The notes beneath the pieces are model-generated. The model saw only the letters and a program-made list of their open reading frames with translations, was not told where the DNA came from and searched no databases. The translations under genes and the position numbers were made by a program. A stretch of DNA of 64,000 bases. Origin: a virus (taxonomy: Duplodnaviria > Caudoviricetes). The stretch spans positions 45,909-109,908 of IMG/VR virus record IMGVR_UViG_2576861548_000003; one strand, given 5' to 3'. This document shows, piece after piece, positions 27,589-37,188 of this stretch. The first letter of the stretch is position 1. Each line of letters begins with the position of its first letter.

Positions 27589-27771
27589 ATGAAAGCAACA
27601 ACAATCCAACAGAGAATAATAGAAAAGTTCATCATGTCAGAGTTTGTACAAGGTAACTTAGATACAAAAGAACAGGTTAGCTGTATGCTTATCCTAATTC
27701 AAAAGAAGCTGAATATGTCAGTAGAGCAAGCAAGTGACTTTATGAGAAAATCAATTGGTATTAACGCTTAA
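27589..27771 (+). CDS. Hypothetical protein (insert between terL and portal)
   Basis: 60 aa behind a duplicated promoter/leader. Confidence 0.55.
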   Translation: MKATTIQQRIIEKFIMSEFVQGNLDTKEQVSCMLILIQKKLNMSVEQASDFMRKSIGINA

Positions 27772-27782
27772 TACACACGATT

Positions 27783-28100
27783 ATGAAAGTATATGATATA
27801 AATGGCAATGTAGTAGCAGAAGGCTATTTAGTTCCCAATCCCAATTTCATTCCTAAAGGTGAATACAAAGAAACTGAACTGGATTATCAAAAGAAGCAAG
27901 CTGATATGTTGATAACTTCAATTGATGGCAGTTTCTATGAAATCAGTTTGCCTAAAAATGCTACACTTCGCCAGAAGATAAGCAAAGATATAAAAGGATA
28001 TGGCAGAAACGTAAGAAGGTATAATGAAGATATAATTCATGTAACAGAAAAAGTCCTAAAGATTTTGCAAACTAAATATACTATAATGTGTGACTTTTAA
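27783..28100 (+). CDS. Hypothetical protein
   Basis: 105-aa ORF. Confidence 0.6.
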   Translation: MKVYDINGNVVAEGYLVPNPNFIPKGEYKETELDYQKKQADMLITSIDGSFYEISLPKNATLRQKISKDIKGYGRNVRRYNEDIIHVTEKVLKILQTKYTIMCDF

Positions 28101-28108
28101 AAATAGAT

Positions 28109-28378
28109 ATGACACAAGATCGACTTGATATATTTGAAAAAGTACTCCTTCTTTATGGAGAATACGTCTTACTCAATCTTTATTCTTCTGCTAAAGTTAT
28201 GGAAAGGTACGAAGATTGTGCCATTATGCGAGATTTGATGAAAAGGCACAATATTGATGAACGTAATGAAATCCAGGATTGGCAAGCTGAATTATGGCGT
28301 TGTGGATATTCTGGTGAAATTGCTGGCATTAACTTTCCATATTATATGCATGAAGCTGTAAAAATGGTAGGTTATTAG
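28109..28378 (+). CDS. Hypothetical protein
   Basis: 89-aa ORF. Confidence 0.6.
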   Translation: MTQDRLDIFEKVLLLYGEYVLLNLYSSAKVMERYEDCAIMRDLMKRHNIDERNEIQDWQAELWRCGYSGEIAGINFPYYMHEAVKMVGY

Positions 28379-28403
28379 ATAAATATTATTATTTTTTTTG
28401 TTT

Positions 28404-28443
28404 AAAAGTGGCATAGTGAATGTCACTTTTGTTATATTTGCAC
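28404..28443 (+). promoter_or_regulatory. Operator-promoter unit upstream of portal
   Basis: AAAAGTGGC-atagtgaat-GTCACTTTT-gt-TATATTTG. Confidence 0.7.
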
Positions 28444-28563
28444 CATAGCATCTGATGCTAACGTATCCTTTCACGTTCTCGGGTATACGTATTGTTTTAT
28501 CCGGTCCCTTTTGGAAGGTATTTATTGTTGTTCAACTAATTACCGTATGAAGATGTACGGAAC

Positions 28564-29970
28564 ATGCCCATGGATGAAATAACCGCTATATTAGACAGTA
28601 CCCGACCTGTTGATAATATTATCAACGACTTAAAAGAGAAATCAGTCTGTGTCCCCTCATGGGATAAACTTATCAAAGACTATGAACCAACGATGCACGA
28701 CATAGTTACTGATACTGTTACTCGTCAAAACAAGGTAAGGTCTGACGGTACGGTAGAGCAAGCTTCACGTATCTATGTTGGTCTTGAAAAGCTTCTAACG
28801 AAGCGAATAACAGAGTTCATGTATTCTATTCCGGTAAAACGTATATATCACAATATAGAGGGTAATCCTACCAGACAACAAATAGCAAAAGCGATCGAAG
28901 CAATATACAAGTATGCTCGTATTGATAGTGAGAATATTAAGCGAGGTAATGCTTACTTTGCATCATGTGAAGTGTTCACTATTTGGTACACAGTTGAGAG
29001 CCCCAATACTCTATATGGTTTTACAAGTAGATATAAACTAAAATGTAAGACCTACTCACCAATGGACGGTGTTAAGCTATATCCTTTACTTGATGAACTT
29101 GGTGATATGATCGCAATGTCTTTTGAATACACAAAAAAGGTCAAAAATGAACAAATTACTTTTTTTGAGACATATACAGCAAACATGCATTATAAGTGGA
29201 AACAGGAGGGTAGCGGATGGGAATTAGTCAAATCAGAACCGGTTGCTATTCTAAAAATACCAGGAGTCTACGCCTATTGTTCGGTACCTATTTATCACGG
29301 GCTTTCCTATATCAGAAAAGAAATAGAATATACCCTTTCACGCAATAGCGATGTAATCGCGTATAATTCCGCTCCTATACTAAAAATAGCTGGTGGGATA
29401 AAGGGTAGTGAGAATAAAGGAGAAAGTCGTAGAGTTTATCGCGTAGAACAAAATGGGGATGTAGCCTATGTTTCGTGGGCACAATCTATCGAGGCATTAA
29501 AATACCATGTTGACACTTTAGTCAAATTGTTTTGGTCACAATCACAAATGCCAGATATCTCTTTTGAAAACATGAAATCTCTCGGTAATATCGGATTTGA
29601 TGCAAGGCAGACTTTACTTACTGACGCTCATTTAAAGGTTGGAGACGAAAGCGGAGCGTGGATAGAAGCATTTGAACGCGAATGTAGTGTAATTAAGGCC
29701 TTCTTGAAAATGATGAATGTTACGTGGAAAGGTGAAGTAGATAATGTTGAAGTTGAGCATGTTATTACTCCGTTTATCCAAAATGATGAAAAGTCAGAAA
29801 TAGAGAAGTGGGTTACAGCCAGTGGGGGGAAAGCGGTTGTCAGTCAATTAGAGGCCATCAAGAACTTGGGCATTTCTACCGATCCGCAAGAGACTCTCTC
29901 TCAAATTCAAAAAGAAGATGAAACTGCTTCTAGAATCAGAGTGAGCAACATATTTGAACAATCAGAATAA
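28564..29970 (+). CDS. Portal protein (SPP1 gp6-like)
   Basis: 468 aa after TerL; QSQMPDISFENM..GNIG motif. Confidence 0.85.
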   Translation: MPMDEITAILDSTRPVDNIINDLKEKSVCVPSWDKLIKDYEPTMHDIVTDTVTRQNKVRSDGTVEQASRIYVGLEKLLTKRITEFMYSIPVKRIYHNIEGNPTRQQIAKAIEAIYKYARIDSENIKRGNAYFASCEVFTIWYTVESPNTLYGFTSRYKLKCKTYSPMDGVKLYPLLDELGDMIAMSFEYTKKVKNEQITFFETYTANMHYKWKQEGSGWELVKSEPVAILKIPGVYAYCSVPIYHGLSYIRKEIEYTLSRNSDVIAYNSAPILKIAGGIKGSENKGESRRVYRVEQNGDVAYVSWAQSIEALKYHVDTLVKLFWSQSQMPDISFENMKSLGNIGFDARQTLLTDAHLKVGDESGAWIEAFERECSVIKAFLKMMNVTWKGEVDNVEVEHVITPFIQNDEKSEIEKWVTASGGKAVVSQLEAIKNLGISTDPQETLSQIQKEDETASRIRVSNIFEQSE

Positions 29971-29990
29971 TAATCTAAAATATAAATATT

Positions 29991-30275
29991 ATGGCAAAAA
30001 CGGATACTCTAGAATTTAATAAAGAAAAACAGGGATATTCCTGCGAATTTACCTCTGTTGGGAAATGTGTGATACAGATAGACAGAGAGAAAAGTGGCAC
30101 ACTTAGTATATACGCAAAGTTGGAAGGAATGGATTATACGCTATTGTATCAATACCCATCTGTTTCATTCAATGATAATATAATTTTTGAGCTTGATGTA
30201 CAAAAAGGACTTTCTATCAAGATACTAAGTTCGGTAGGTGTCATGAGTGCAAAGATGACTTATGAAGATTTATAG
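29991..30275 (+). CDS. Small beta-rich hypothetical protein
   Basis: 94 aa; resembles 56087-56374 in length and pattern. Confidence 0.6.
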   Translation: MAKTDTLEFNKEKQGYSCEFTSVGKCVIQIDREKSGTLSIYAKLEGMDYTLLYQYPSVSFNDNIIFELDVQKGLSIKILSSVGVMSAKMTYEDL

Positions 30276-30349
30276 ATTGTCTGCCAAGTTGTAGAAAAGG
30301 TAAAGACAACATAGGAAATGTTTACGCTGCTGGCTTAAAACTTAAAATC

Positions 30350-30718
30350 ATGAAGACAAAAATATCAAACTGGCTTATTAGATTAGCAGAAAAAATCAAT
30401 CCACAAGAAAGATTGAGCAGTATTGAACGAGTTGATAACTACGAAGCAAAGAAGCTTGGTATCTGCCTTGCCAGAACTAAAAAAGAAATCAAGGATTACC
30501 GGAAAAAGAAGAAACTTGATGAAGGGTGGTCCAATCGTAAAGCCGATGAAATGCTTATCAGAGAACTTAAGAACGAAGTGCGCCAGTCAATCAACAACTC
30601 TATCAACCAAAGAGGGTTGGTTGAATACTCCGTTGAAAAGGTTGGTGACGAACTTCATGTTACCGGTGAAATCAAAGTCTATATCAAAAAAGAATCACAT
30701 GAAAGTTCCAATAGATGA
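30350..30718 (+). CDS. Hypothetical protein
   Basis: 122-aa ORF. Confidence 0.6.
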   Translation: MKTKISNWLIRLAEKINPQERLSSIERVDNYEAKKLGICLARTKKEIKDYRKKKKLDEGWSNRKADEMLIRELKNEVRQSINNSINQRGLVEYSVEKVGDELHVTGEIKVYIKKESHESSNR

Positions 30719-31061
30719 AATGACGTTTGCCGAAAGCGAATATCATAGAGGTAACAAAATATGGAATGCCCAAACGTTATACGATTTTGCTAAGGCAAAA
30801 GAGTATCCAGTTATGGATATGCCACTTTGGTGCATTGATTTGACTACTGAAGCATTTGAATGCAGCCAACTTCATAGTTTCATATTCCAATGCAAGCGGG
30901 TTCGTAACTGTTCGCTTGATTATCCTATCATATTAGATGAAGTTGGCCAAATTGCTGATGGCTATCATCGTTTATGCAAAGCTATATTAGAGGGTAAGGA
31001 GACAATTAAAGCTATTCGGTTATTGGAAATGCCGGCACCTGATAGGATTGAGGAGGAATAA
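30699..31061 (+). CDS. ParB/Srx-like small protein
   Basis: YPIILDEVGQIADGYHRLCKA; start 30699 preferred over 30423. Confidence 0.75.
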   Translation: MKVPIDEMTFAESEYHRGNKIWNAQTLYDFAKAKEYPVMDMPLWCIDLTTEAFECSQLHSFIFQCKRVRNCSLDYPIILDEVGQIADGYHRLCKAILEGKETIKAIRLLEMPAPDRIEEE

Positions 31062-31187
31062 TATGAAGAAGCATACAAGAATTATTACGGTAGAATATGT
31101 TGTACGAGATTGCCCTATCTGCGGTAAAGTTATAGTGAAGCATCATTTGTATCCAGAAATTGATAAAAAGCAAGAAAAACTGCGTAG

Positions 31188-31382
31188 ATGGCAAAGGAGG
31201 TAATGATTCAGTCTAAATATCATTGTCGAGATTGTGTACACAGCTACGATTGGCATGAGAAAAATAGTAAAGGTGAATTGTTTATGTGCCGATGTCGGTT
31301 ATCTAAATGGACTAAATTTTTGAATCGTAATATATGTGATAAGTTTAAGGAGAAAGAATTGATTCTTAAAAATATGCCATGA
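31188..31382 (+). CDS. Small Cys-rich protein
   Basis: CRDCVH...CRC...CDKF. Confidence 0.5.
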   Translation: MAKEVMIQSKYHCRDCVHSYDWHEKNSKGELFMCRCRLSKWTKFLNRNICDKFKEKELILKNMP

Positions 31383-31445
31383 TTATTAGTCTAACCCCCG
31401 TGATTTTTCTGACAACTTAGAACGTAATATTAAAAATAGGACAAT

Positions 31446-33062
31446 ATGGCAAAACCTAAAATTCCAAATCAGAAAAAGAAGTATCAAGAACTTAACAGTC
31501 GGATAAATAGGTATGTCGTTCTTGTTGAGCAGATATACGACACACTGAATTTGGACGCCGCCAAAGCTGTTTCACGTACGGAATATTCCTCTGATAGCAA
31601 TAAACCGTTTAAATGGTCCGATTACCCTCAAACTAAAAAACAAATTGACGACATACAAAGGCATTTCGTAGAAGATATAAACGCAATTATCTATCGTGGT
31701 ACGACCGAAGAATGGAAAAATAGTAATGAAGCACAGGATTTGATAGCAAACAGAGTATTAAAAGCATATAACGCACAAGTTGATAGAGAGAAATATAAAG
31801 TTTTGTATCAAGTAAATTCTGATGCTCTGAAAGCATTTCAAAACCGGAAGGATAAAGGATTCAATATATCGGCAAAACTCTGGCAGCAATCTATGATCTA
31901 CAAAGAGGAATTGGAGGCTGCGATCTCATGCGCTATTCAAAAAGGAACCAGCGCTGTTACGTTGAGTAAGCAAATATCTCAATACTTACTTGATTTTCCA
32001 TCACTGCAAAAAGATTATAAAGACAGATACGGAAGTGCTGAACATATACAAGATTGTGAATACAGATCTATCCGCCTAGCCCGTTCGGAGATAAACATGG
32101 CTTATCGAACATCCGAAAATGAACGTTGGAAGCAAATGGATTTCGTAGTAGGATATGAAATTAAATTAAGTTCCTCTCATCACAACCGTATGCCACATGG
32201 AGATATTTGTGATACACTTGCCGGAAAATATCCTAAAGATTTCAGATGGACAGGATGGCACCCGAACGACTTATGTTATAAAGTCCCTATCCTCAAAACA
32301 GAAGAAGAATTCTGGGAATGGGATGGACTGAGCGATGTTTCTACAGAAAGTATTAATGAAGTAAAGGATGTTCCTGACGAATTTAAAAAATGGGTACTTG
32401 ACAACCAACAAAAGATTGAGAAAGCGCGGGAAAGAAACACCTTACCTTATTTTTTGAGAGATAACAAATCAATTGTTCAGAATATAAATACTGAAAATTC
32501 AGCTAAAGAGCTTGTTAATCGTGCTTCTTTAGTTGGGAAGGAGGTACAAAGTTTAGCAGAATCCATCGCTAAAAATAATAAAGGATTTGTAACTCCAATC
32601 AATTACAAAAGCATTTCATCAATAACAAGAAAAGCGACAACGGAGGGTATAACTCCATACGATATAAAAGACGCAGTTAGGACGACAATCATAGTTCCCA
32701 AATCACAAATAGATCAAGTCTTGAACGAACTATCTGAAAACGATTCGTTTGTGCGACTGAAAAGACAAAAGCCGGAATCATTTATGGGATATAGTGGCAA
32801 TATAGTTAATATTCAAACATCTAACGGATTAATTGCTGAGATTCAAGTTAATACAGACCGTATGATTTATGCCAAAGAAAAACCGGAAGACGCAAAACGA
32901 ATTCTTGGAGAAAAACGTTGGAAGGATATACAAAATCAAACAGGTATGAAGGGGGGGCTGGGGCATAAATATTATGAAGAATGGCGAGTATTAGACAAAG
33001 CTGATAAAAAGGCGCAAAAAATAGTTGAAAAATCAATCGAATATTATAGTCATTTCCAATAA
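31446..33062 (+). CDS. MuF-family minor head protein with C-terminal RelA/SpoT-type alarmone synthetase (Apk2-like) toxin domain
   Basis: MuF: RLARSEINMAY..CDTLAG.YPK.F.WTGWHP; C-terminal YKSISSITRK, IKDAVR, GYSG, AEIQVNT, GHKYYE. Confidence 0.85.
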   Translation: MAKPKIPNQKKKYQELNSRINRYVVLVEQIYDTLNLDAAKAVSRTEYSSDSNKPFKWSDYPQTKKQIDDIQRHFVEDINAIIYRGTTEEWKNSNEAQDLIANRVLKAYNAQVDREKYKVLYQVNSDALKAFQNRKDKGFNISAKLWQQSMIYKEELEAAISCAIQKGTSAVTLSKQISQYLLDFPSLQKDYKDRYGSAEHIQDCEYRSIRLARSEINMAYRTSENERWKQMDFVVGYEIKLSSSHHNRMPHGDICDTLAGKYPKDFRWTGWHPNDLCYKVPILKTEEEFWEWDGLSDVSTESINEVKDVPDEFKKWVLDNQQKIEKARERNTLPYFLRDNKSIVQNINTENSAKELVNRASLVGKEVQSLAESIAKNNKGFVTPINYKSISSITRKATTEGITPYDIKDAVRTTIIVPKSQIDQVLNELSENDSFVRLKRQKPESFMGYSGNIVNIQTSNGLIAEIQVNTDRMIYAKEKPEDAKRILGEKRWKDIQNQTGMKGGLGHKYYEEWRVLDKADKKAQKIVEKSIEYYSHFQ

Positions 33063-33086
33063 AAATCACTATCTTTACATATAAAA

Positions 33087-33314
33087 ATGAACCAGAAGGA
33101 ATTATATAATAAATTACAGTCAGGCGAAACGGTTTATTTACTTGACGATTTTGAAGAAGCTGTTATCCGTTTATATTTCGATAACGGCCAAACAAAATCA
33201 TATATAAAACATCATGGACGTAATGAAATAGAAATTCCGCAATCCGATGATACAGTGTGTGATATAATTCTTGGAGGAAAAGAGATTTCAAAATCAGAAT
33301 ATGACAAATACTAG
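33087..33314 (+). CDS. Probable immunity protein for the MuF toxin (IapK-like)
   Basis: 75 aa between toxin and HD hydrolase; C-terminal EISKSEYDKY. Confidence 0.6.
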   Translation: MNQKELYNKLQSGETVYLLDDFEEAVIRLYFDNGQTKSYIKHHGRNEIEIPQSDDTVCDIILGGKEISKSEYDKY

Positions 33315-33732
33315 TACTTTATTAGAAAAAGCTCTTCAAATAGCAACTGATGCGCATCTTTATCAAGTTGACAAAGCTGGGGTACCTTATATTTTCCATC
33401 CTATCCGTGTCTCAAACAGATGTTCTACTGATGACGAAAGGATTGTTGCTTTGCTGCACGATACAATAGAAGATACCGAAGTTACCGCTGAATATTTACT
33501 TATGGAAGGGTTTCCTCGTAATATAGTAGATGCTATACTTTCTGTCACTCGCAACGAGGATGAAAACTATGAAGATTTCATAAAACGCTCTAGGCTTAAT
33601 CCTATAGGAAGACAAGTAAAACTACATGATTTAGAAGACAACATGGATATAACACGTTTGAATGAACTTACAGAAAAGGATCTTTACAGATTGAACAAAT
33701 ACATAAAAGCATATAAATATCTTAAAGAATAA
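33301..33732 (+). CDS. HD-domain small alarmone hydrolase (Aph1/Mesh1-like)
   Basis: AH..QVDKAGVPYIFHP..ALLHDTIEDT..VKLHDLEDN. Confidence 0.9.
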   Translation: MTNTSTLLEKALQIATDAHLYQVDKAGVPYIFHPIRVSNRCSTDDERIVALLHDTIEDTEVTAEYLLMEGFPRNIVDAILSVTRNEDENYEDFIKRSRLNPIGRQVKLHDLEDNMDITRLNELTEKDLYRLNKYIKAYKYLKE

Positions 33733-33818
33733 TCGCTGATGTACAATTACATTCAGTTTCACGGCACGAAGTACAAGATTACTCTCGTGCCGTGCGTTTA
33801 TTATGATAGTTTAACATT

Positions 33819-33856
33819 AAAAGTGGCGTTGTTTATGTCACTTTTGCTACTTTTGT
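33819..33856 (+). promoter_or_regulatory. Operator-promoter unit upstream of the capsid operon
   Basis: AAAAGTGGC-gttgtttat-GTCACTTTT-gc-TACTTTTG. Confidence 0.7.
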
Positions 33857-34024
33857 ATCAGAAGCGTATGAAGATGTACGCCACAGAACTTGTCGTGTTG
33901 TGATTTGCTTCAATTTAGCACGATTGAACGAAACTCATTGCTCTAATGTTTAGTAAAGTTCTAAGCGAATAGTCTGCTGGCATACGTGCTACGCAGACTA
34001 TTTTTGTAATTAAAACATTGTACA

Positions 34025-34744
34025 ATGGACAGAAAACAACAAGTATTGTTGAGATTGAAACCGAAAGTGAAGGCATTCGGGTTCAATTCAAGGGAATTAA
34101 AGGGTATTGCTGCCAAGATTGCCGATAACCTTACTTCCGCAGATGATGCCTCAGATGAAGACGTAAATGCAGAAATTGACAAAGAGATTGACTCCGCATT
34201 ACGTTACTTGCCTTTCGGCCAGTCACAAGCCAATCGCTTGCTTGATGAATGGAAGAAAAATCACCCTGAAACAGATGACGACGACAACGATGACGATGAT
34301 GACGACGACGGAGCTTCGGATAATCAAAGACGTCAAGCTGGTTCAAACACCAAAAATCCCAAAAACAAAGGAAAGAATGATGATGCTCCGGAATGGGCTA
34401 AAGGTTTGGTTCAGACAGTACAAACACTGAATGACGAAATCGCAGCATTGAAAGGTGAAAAAGTTACCACTACACGTAGAGAGAAACTTGAAACCCTTTT
34501 AAAAGATGCTGGTACATTCGGAACTCGCACATTGAAATCCTTCAATAAAATGAAGTTTGAAAATGATGAAGAGTTTGAAGAATTCTATTCCGAAGTTGAG
34601 GAAGATTTAAAATCTTACAACCAAGAACGTGCCGACGCAGGACTATCTAGTTTGGGGAATCCTCCAGGTGCAGGAAGTAAGAAACAAGAAAAAAATGAAG
34701 TATTAACCGATGAAGAGGTTATAGCAATTGCTAAAGGCCTTTAA
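34025..34744 (+). CDS. Capsid scaffolding protein
   Basis: Acidic, coiled coil, APEWAK motif, position before capsid genes. Confidence 0.7.
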   Translation: MDRKQQVLLRLKPKVKAFGFNSRELKGIAAKIADNLTSADDASDEDVNAEIDKEIDSALRYLPFGQSQANRLLDEWKKNHPETDDDDNDDDDDDDGASDNQRRQAGSNTKNPKNKGKNDDAPEWAKGLVQTVQTLNDEIAALKGEKVTTTRREKLETLLKDAGTFGTRTLKSFNKMKFENDEEFEEFYSEVEEDLKSYNQERADAGLSSLGNPPGAGSKKQEKNEVLTDEEVIAIAKGL

Positions 34745-34761
34745 TCAAAAGTAAAATTAAA

Positions 34762-35163
34762 ATGGGCGCAAAAGCTGATTTAGTAAACGAACAGGAGACG
34801 ATTTTAACCGGAATGGATTCGATTGTTATTCGTAACTATTTGGGCGGAATTATGAATGGGCGGACATTAGACATGACTGGATTTAAGCAGTCTGTAATTA
34901 AAGCCGGTCATATTGTTATCCGCGATACAGAGAACGATACCTATAAGCCAATGCCTGTTAACTCAGCAGGCACAGCTTACGAATCATTGCCATCTAATCA
35001 TGAATACGTTGGTGTTGTTGTTTGTTCAAAACCTGCCGACAAGCCATTCGTTGGTATTATGTATGCTGGTGAAGTAAATGATGTGGCGAGTCCTTATCCT
35101 ATTGACAGCATTAAGGCTGCATTAAAAACGGCATTGCCGCAATTGGCTTTTTTACACGATTAA
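34762..35163 (+). CDS. Head decoration protein
   Basis: 133 aa between scaffold and MCP; IKAGHIV. Confidence 0.6.
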   Translation: MGAKADLVNEQETILTGMDSIVIRNYLGGIMNGRTLDMTGFKQSVIKAGHIVIRDTENDTYKPMPVNSAGTAYESLPSNHEYVGVVVCSKPADKPFVGIMYAGEVNDVASPYPIDSIKAALKTALPQLAFLHD

Positions 35164-35177
35164 AAAGGAGGTGAAAG

Positions 35178-36515
35178 ATGAATGAATCATTATTTATTGA
35201 ATTTGTAAAAAAAATATGGCCCAAATTGAGCCTATATGTGAAAGAAAAGATCAATGGAACAAATAAGAATTTGACCTATCTTCACAAAACTATGCTTACC
35301 AGAGTATATTCTCCTGATCAAAAATGGGAAGGTACTTCTGCTAACACTACTTATGTAGCAGCGGATATGGTAGCTATGGATTCTCCTTTGTCTCCCAAGA
35401 AACGTGACTCTATTGCACGTTCTAGTGGTGAATTGCCTAAAGTTGGTATTAAAAAGATTCTGAGAGAAACTCAGATCAACGCTATTAATATCATGAAAGC
35501 ACATTTGTCTAATGCCACTACAGAGGAAGCGCAAAAATCTCTCAAAAACAGAATCTTTTCTCGATTAACTGATGACGGAACCGCATGTTCTGTTGGTATT
35601 GATGAAAGGAATGAAGCTAATTTCCTTACTGGGCTGTCTGATGGGGTTATTATTGTTGAAGGTGATGATGATAAAAATTCCGGTCTCGGACTTCGTGTAA
35701 ATTATGGTTATTTGCCAGAACATAGTTTTGGTGTTGTTACTACCGGAGAAGTAACAGGTGATGATATTGAAAGAGTTATAGGTAAAGCCAACGATGACGG
35801 GAATAGCATTTCTGTTATCATGTTAGCGTTGTCTACCTATAACAAAATGCGTCAATCTCAATGGGCTAAGGAATTGGTGGCAAGTTATCGAGGGCAAACC
35901 TTTGATAATGAAACAAAGTTGCCTGTTCCCACTTCTACGTTGTTTGATGAAGCATTTTCTGATCAATATAATGGCATTTCATTCTTTAAGATTGATCGTT
36001 CTGTCACTTATGAAAAGAATGGTAAAAGAGTTTCTTATAAGCCGTGGAACGCAAATAAACTTATATTCCTTCCTTCTGCTGACAATGTAGGTTCTTTTGT
36101 ATGGGGAACTTTGGCTGAATCTACTAACCCTGTCAAGGGAGTAGAATATACCATTGTTGATGAATATAAGCTGATTAGCCGTTACTCCAAAACAGACCCG
36201 TTGCAGGAATTTACGAATGGGCAGGCTCTTTGTTTGCCGGTTATTGAGAATGTAGACCAGATTTATTCATTGGATATTCTGGAAGCTCAAACAGTAGATA
36301 CAACGAAAGAATCTGAGGATTCTACTGATGTAAAGATTACGATTTGGGGAGTAACTTACAAGAAGCCAGAATTTGTGACAGAATACAATAAAATCGCTGG
36401 TAAAAACTTGACTTCCACCGTTTCCGATGATAAACTTATCGCGGCAGTCAACAGATTGAGTGATGCAGACGAAGCATCGTTGAAAAAAGCGGTTGAATCC
36501 CATAAAACAACATAA
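35178..36515 (+). CDS. Major capsid protein
   Basis: 445 aa, position; AADMVAMDSP..SGELPK and ALCLPVI segments. Confidence 0.8.
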   Translation: MNESLFIEFVKKIWPKLSLYVKEKINGTNKNLTYLHKTMLTRVYSPDQKWEGTSANTTYVAADMVAMDSPLSPKKRDSIARSSGELPKVGIKKILRETQINAINIMKAHLSNATTEEAQKSLKNRIFSRLTDDGTACSVGIDERNEANFLTGLSDGVIIVEGDDDKNSGLGLRVNYGYLPEHSFGVVTTGEVTGDDIERVIGKANDDGNSISVIMLALSTYNKMRQSQWAKELVASYRGQTFDNETKLPVPTSTLFDEAFSDQYNGISFFKIDRSVTYEKNGKRVSYKPWNANKLIFLPSADNVGSFVWGTLAESTNPVKGVEYTIVDEYKLISRYSKTDPLQEFTNGQALCLPVIENVDQIYSLDILEAQTVDTTKESEDSTDVKITIWGVTYKKPEFVTEYNKIAGKNLTSTVSDDKLIAAVNRLSDADEASLKKAVESHKTT

Positions 36516-36518
36516 TCC

Positions 36519-36857
36519 ATGAAGACAATTCAGCAAGCCCTTATAGACGAAATACATTACCCGATTCCAGCTGGTTTTGTAGAGAATGTTATGATTAAAC
36601 GTAATCTCAAAGTTGATGAAGAGTTTGATTATGACGTTTCTCGTTCCAACGAATATCAGGGGGCATTAGCTGATTGTCTTTGGTCTTTAGTTCAGTCTAT
36701 CAATTTTTCTGAAGCAGATAAGTCTTTTGGAGCTTTATCTGATAAAGACAAAGAGCGAATTTTGTTACGTGTCAACTCTATCTACAATACTATTGGTGAG
36801 CCTTCGGTAGAACTGGAGGCAAAGCCGATGGTATATGTAGGTGATTGCTTGTTGTAG
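36519..36857 (+). CDS. Head-tail adaptor
   Basis: Synteny, size, NFSEADKS. Confidence 0.6.
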   Translation: MKTIQQALIDEIHYPIPAGFVENVMIKRNLKVDEEFDYDVSRSNEYQGALADCLWSLVQSINFSEADKSFGALSDKDKERILLRVNSIYNTIGEPSVELEAKPMVYVGDCLL

Positions 36858-36858
36858 A

Positions 36859-37185
36859 ATGGCAGTATTGAATAGAAAACCCCACCGTTTGTCATATCTT
36901 GTATCCGGTTCTGGATATGATGATGAAAACGGCGATTATCATCCCGGTTCCTCTGAATGGAAAGGCGTGATACCTTGTGATGCCGTACCTGCTGGAAAAG
37001 CGGAACAAAGAGAGTTTGAGGATGGTGTTGTAAGAAGCTATTCATACACGGTTTATCTTCCAAGTGATTGTCGTACGTTTACTATTGGAGACAGGGTTAA
37101 GATTGATCTTATCGGAGAAATTGAAAGAGAATTTGAAGTGAAAGGTTTTCATCGTTACCAGCTTCAGTGTAAAATTTGGGTTTAG
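36859..37185 (+). CDS. Head closure/stopper protein
   Basis: Synteny; GYDDENGDY, IGDRV. Confidence 0.6.
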   Translation: MAVLNRKPHRLSYLVSGSGYDDENGDYHPGSSEWKGVIPCDAVPAGKAEQREFEDGVVRSYSYTVYLPSDCRTFTIGDRVKIDLIGEIEREFEVKGFHRYQLQCKIWV

Positions 37186-37188
37186 GAT

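Noticed and set aside
30423-30698. N-terminal extension of the ParB-like ORF
   Set aside because: It overlaps the 30350-30718 gene in another frame; ATG 30699 is the coupled start
34274-34310. GAY triplet run as a contingency repeat
   Set aside because: In-frame poly-Asp linker of the scaffold protein with mixed codons; length change would not switch expression
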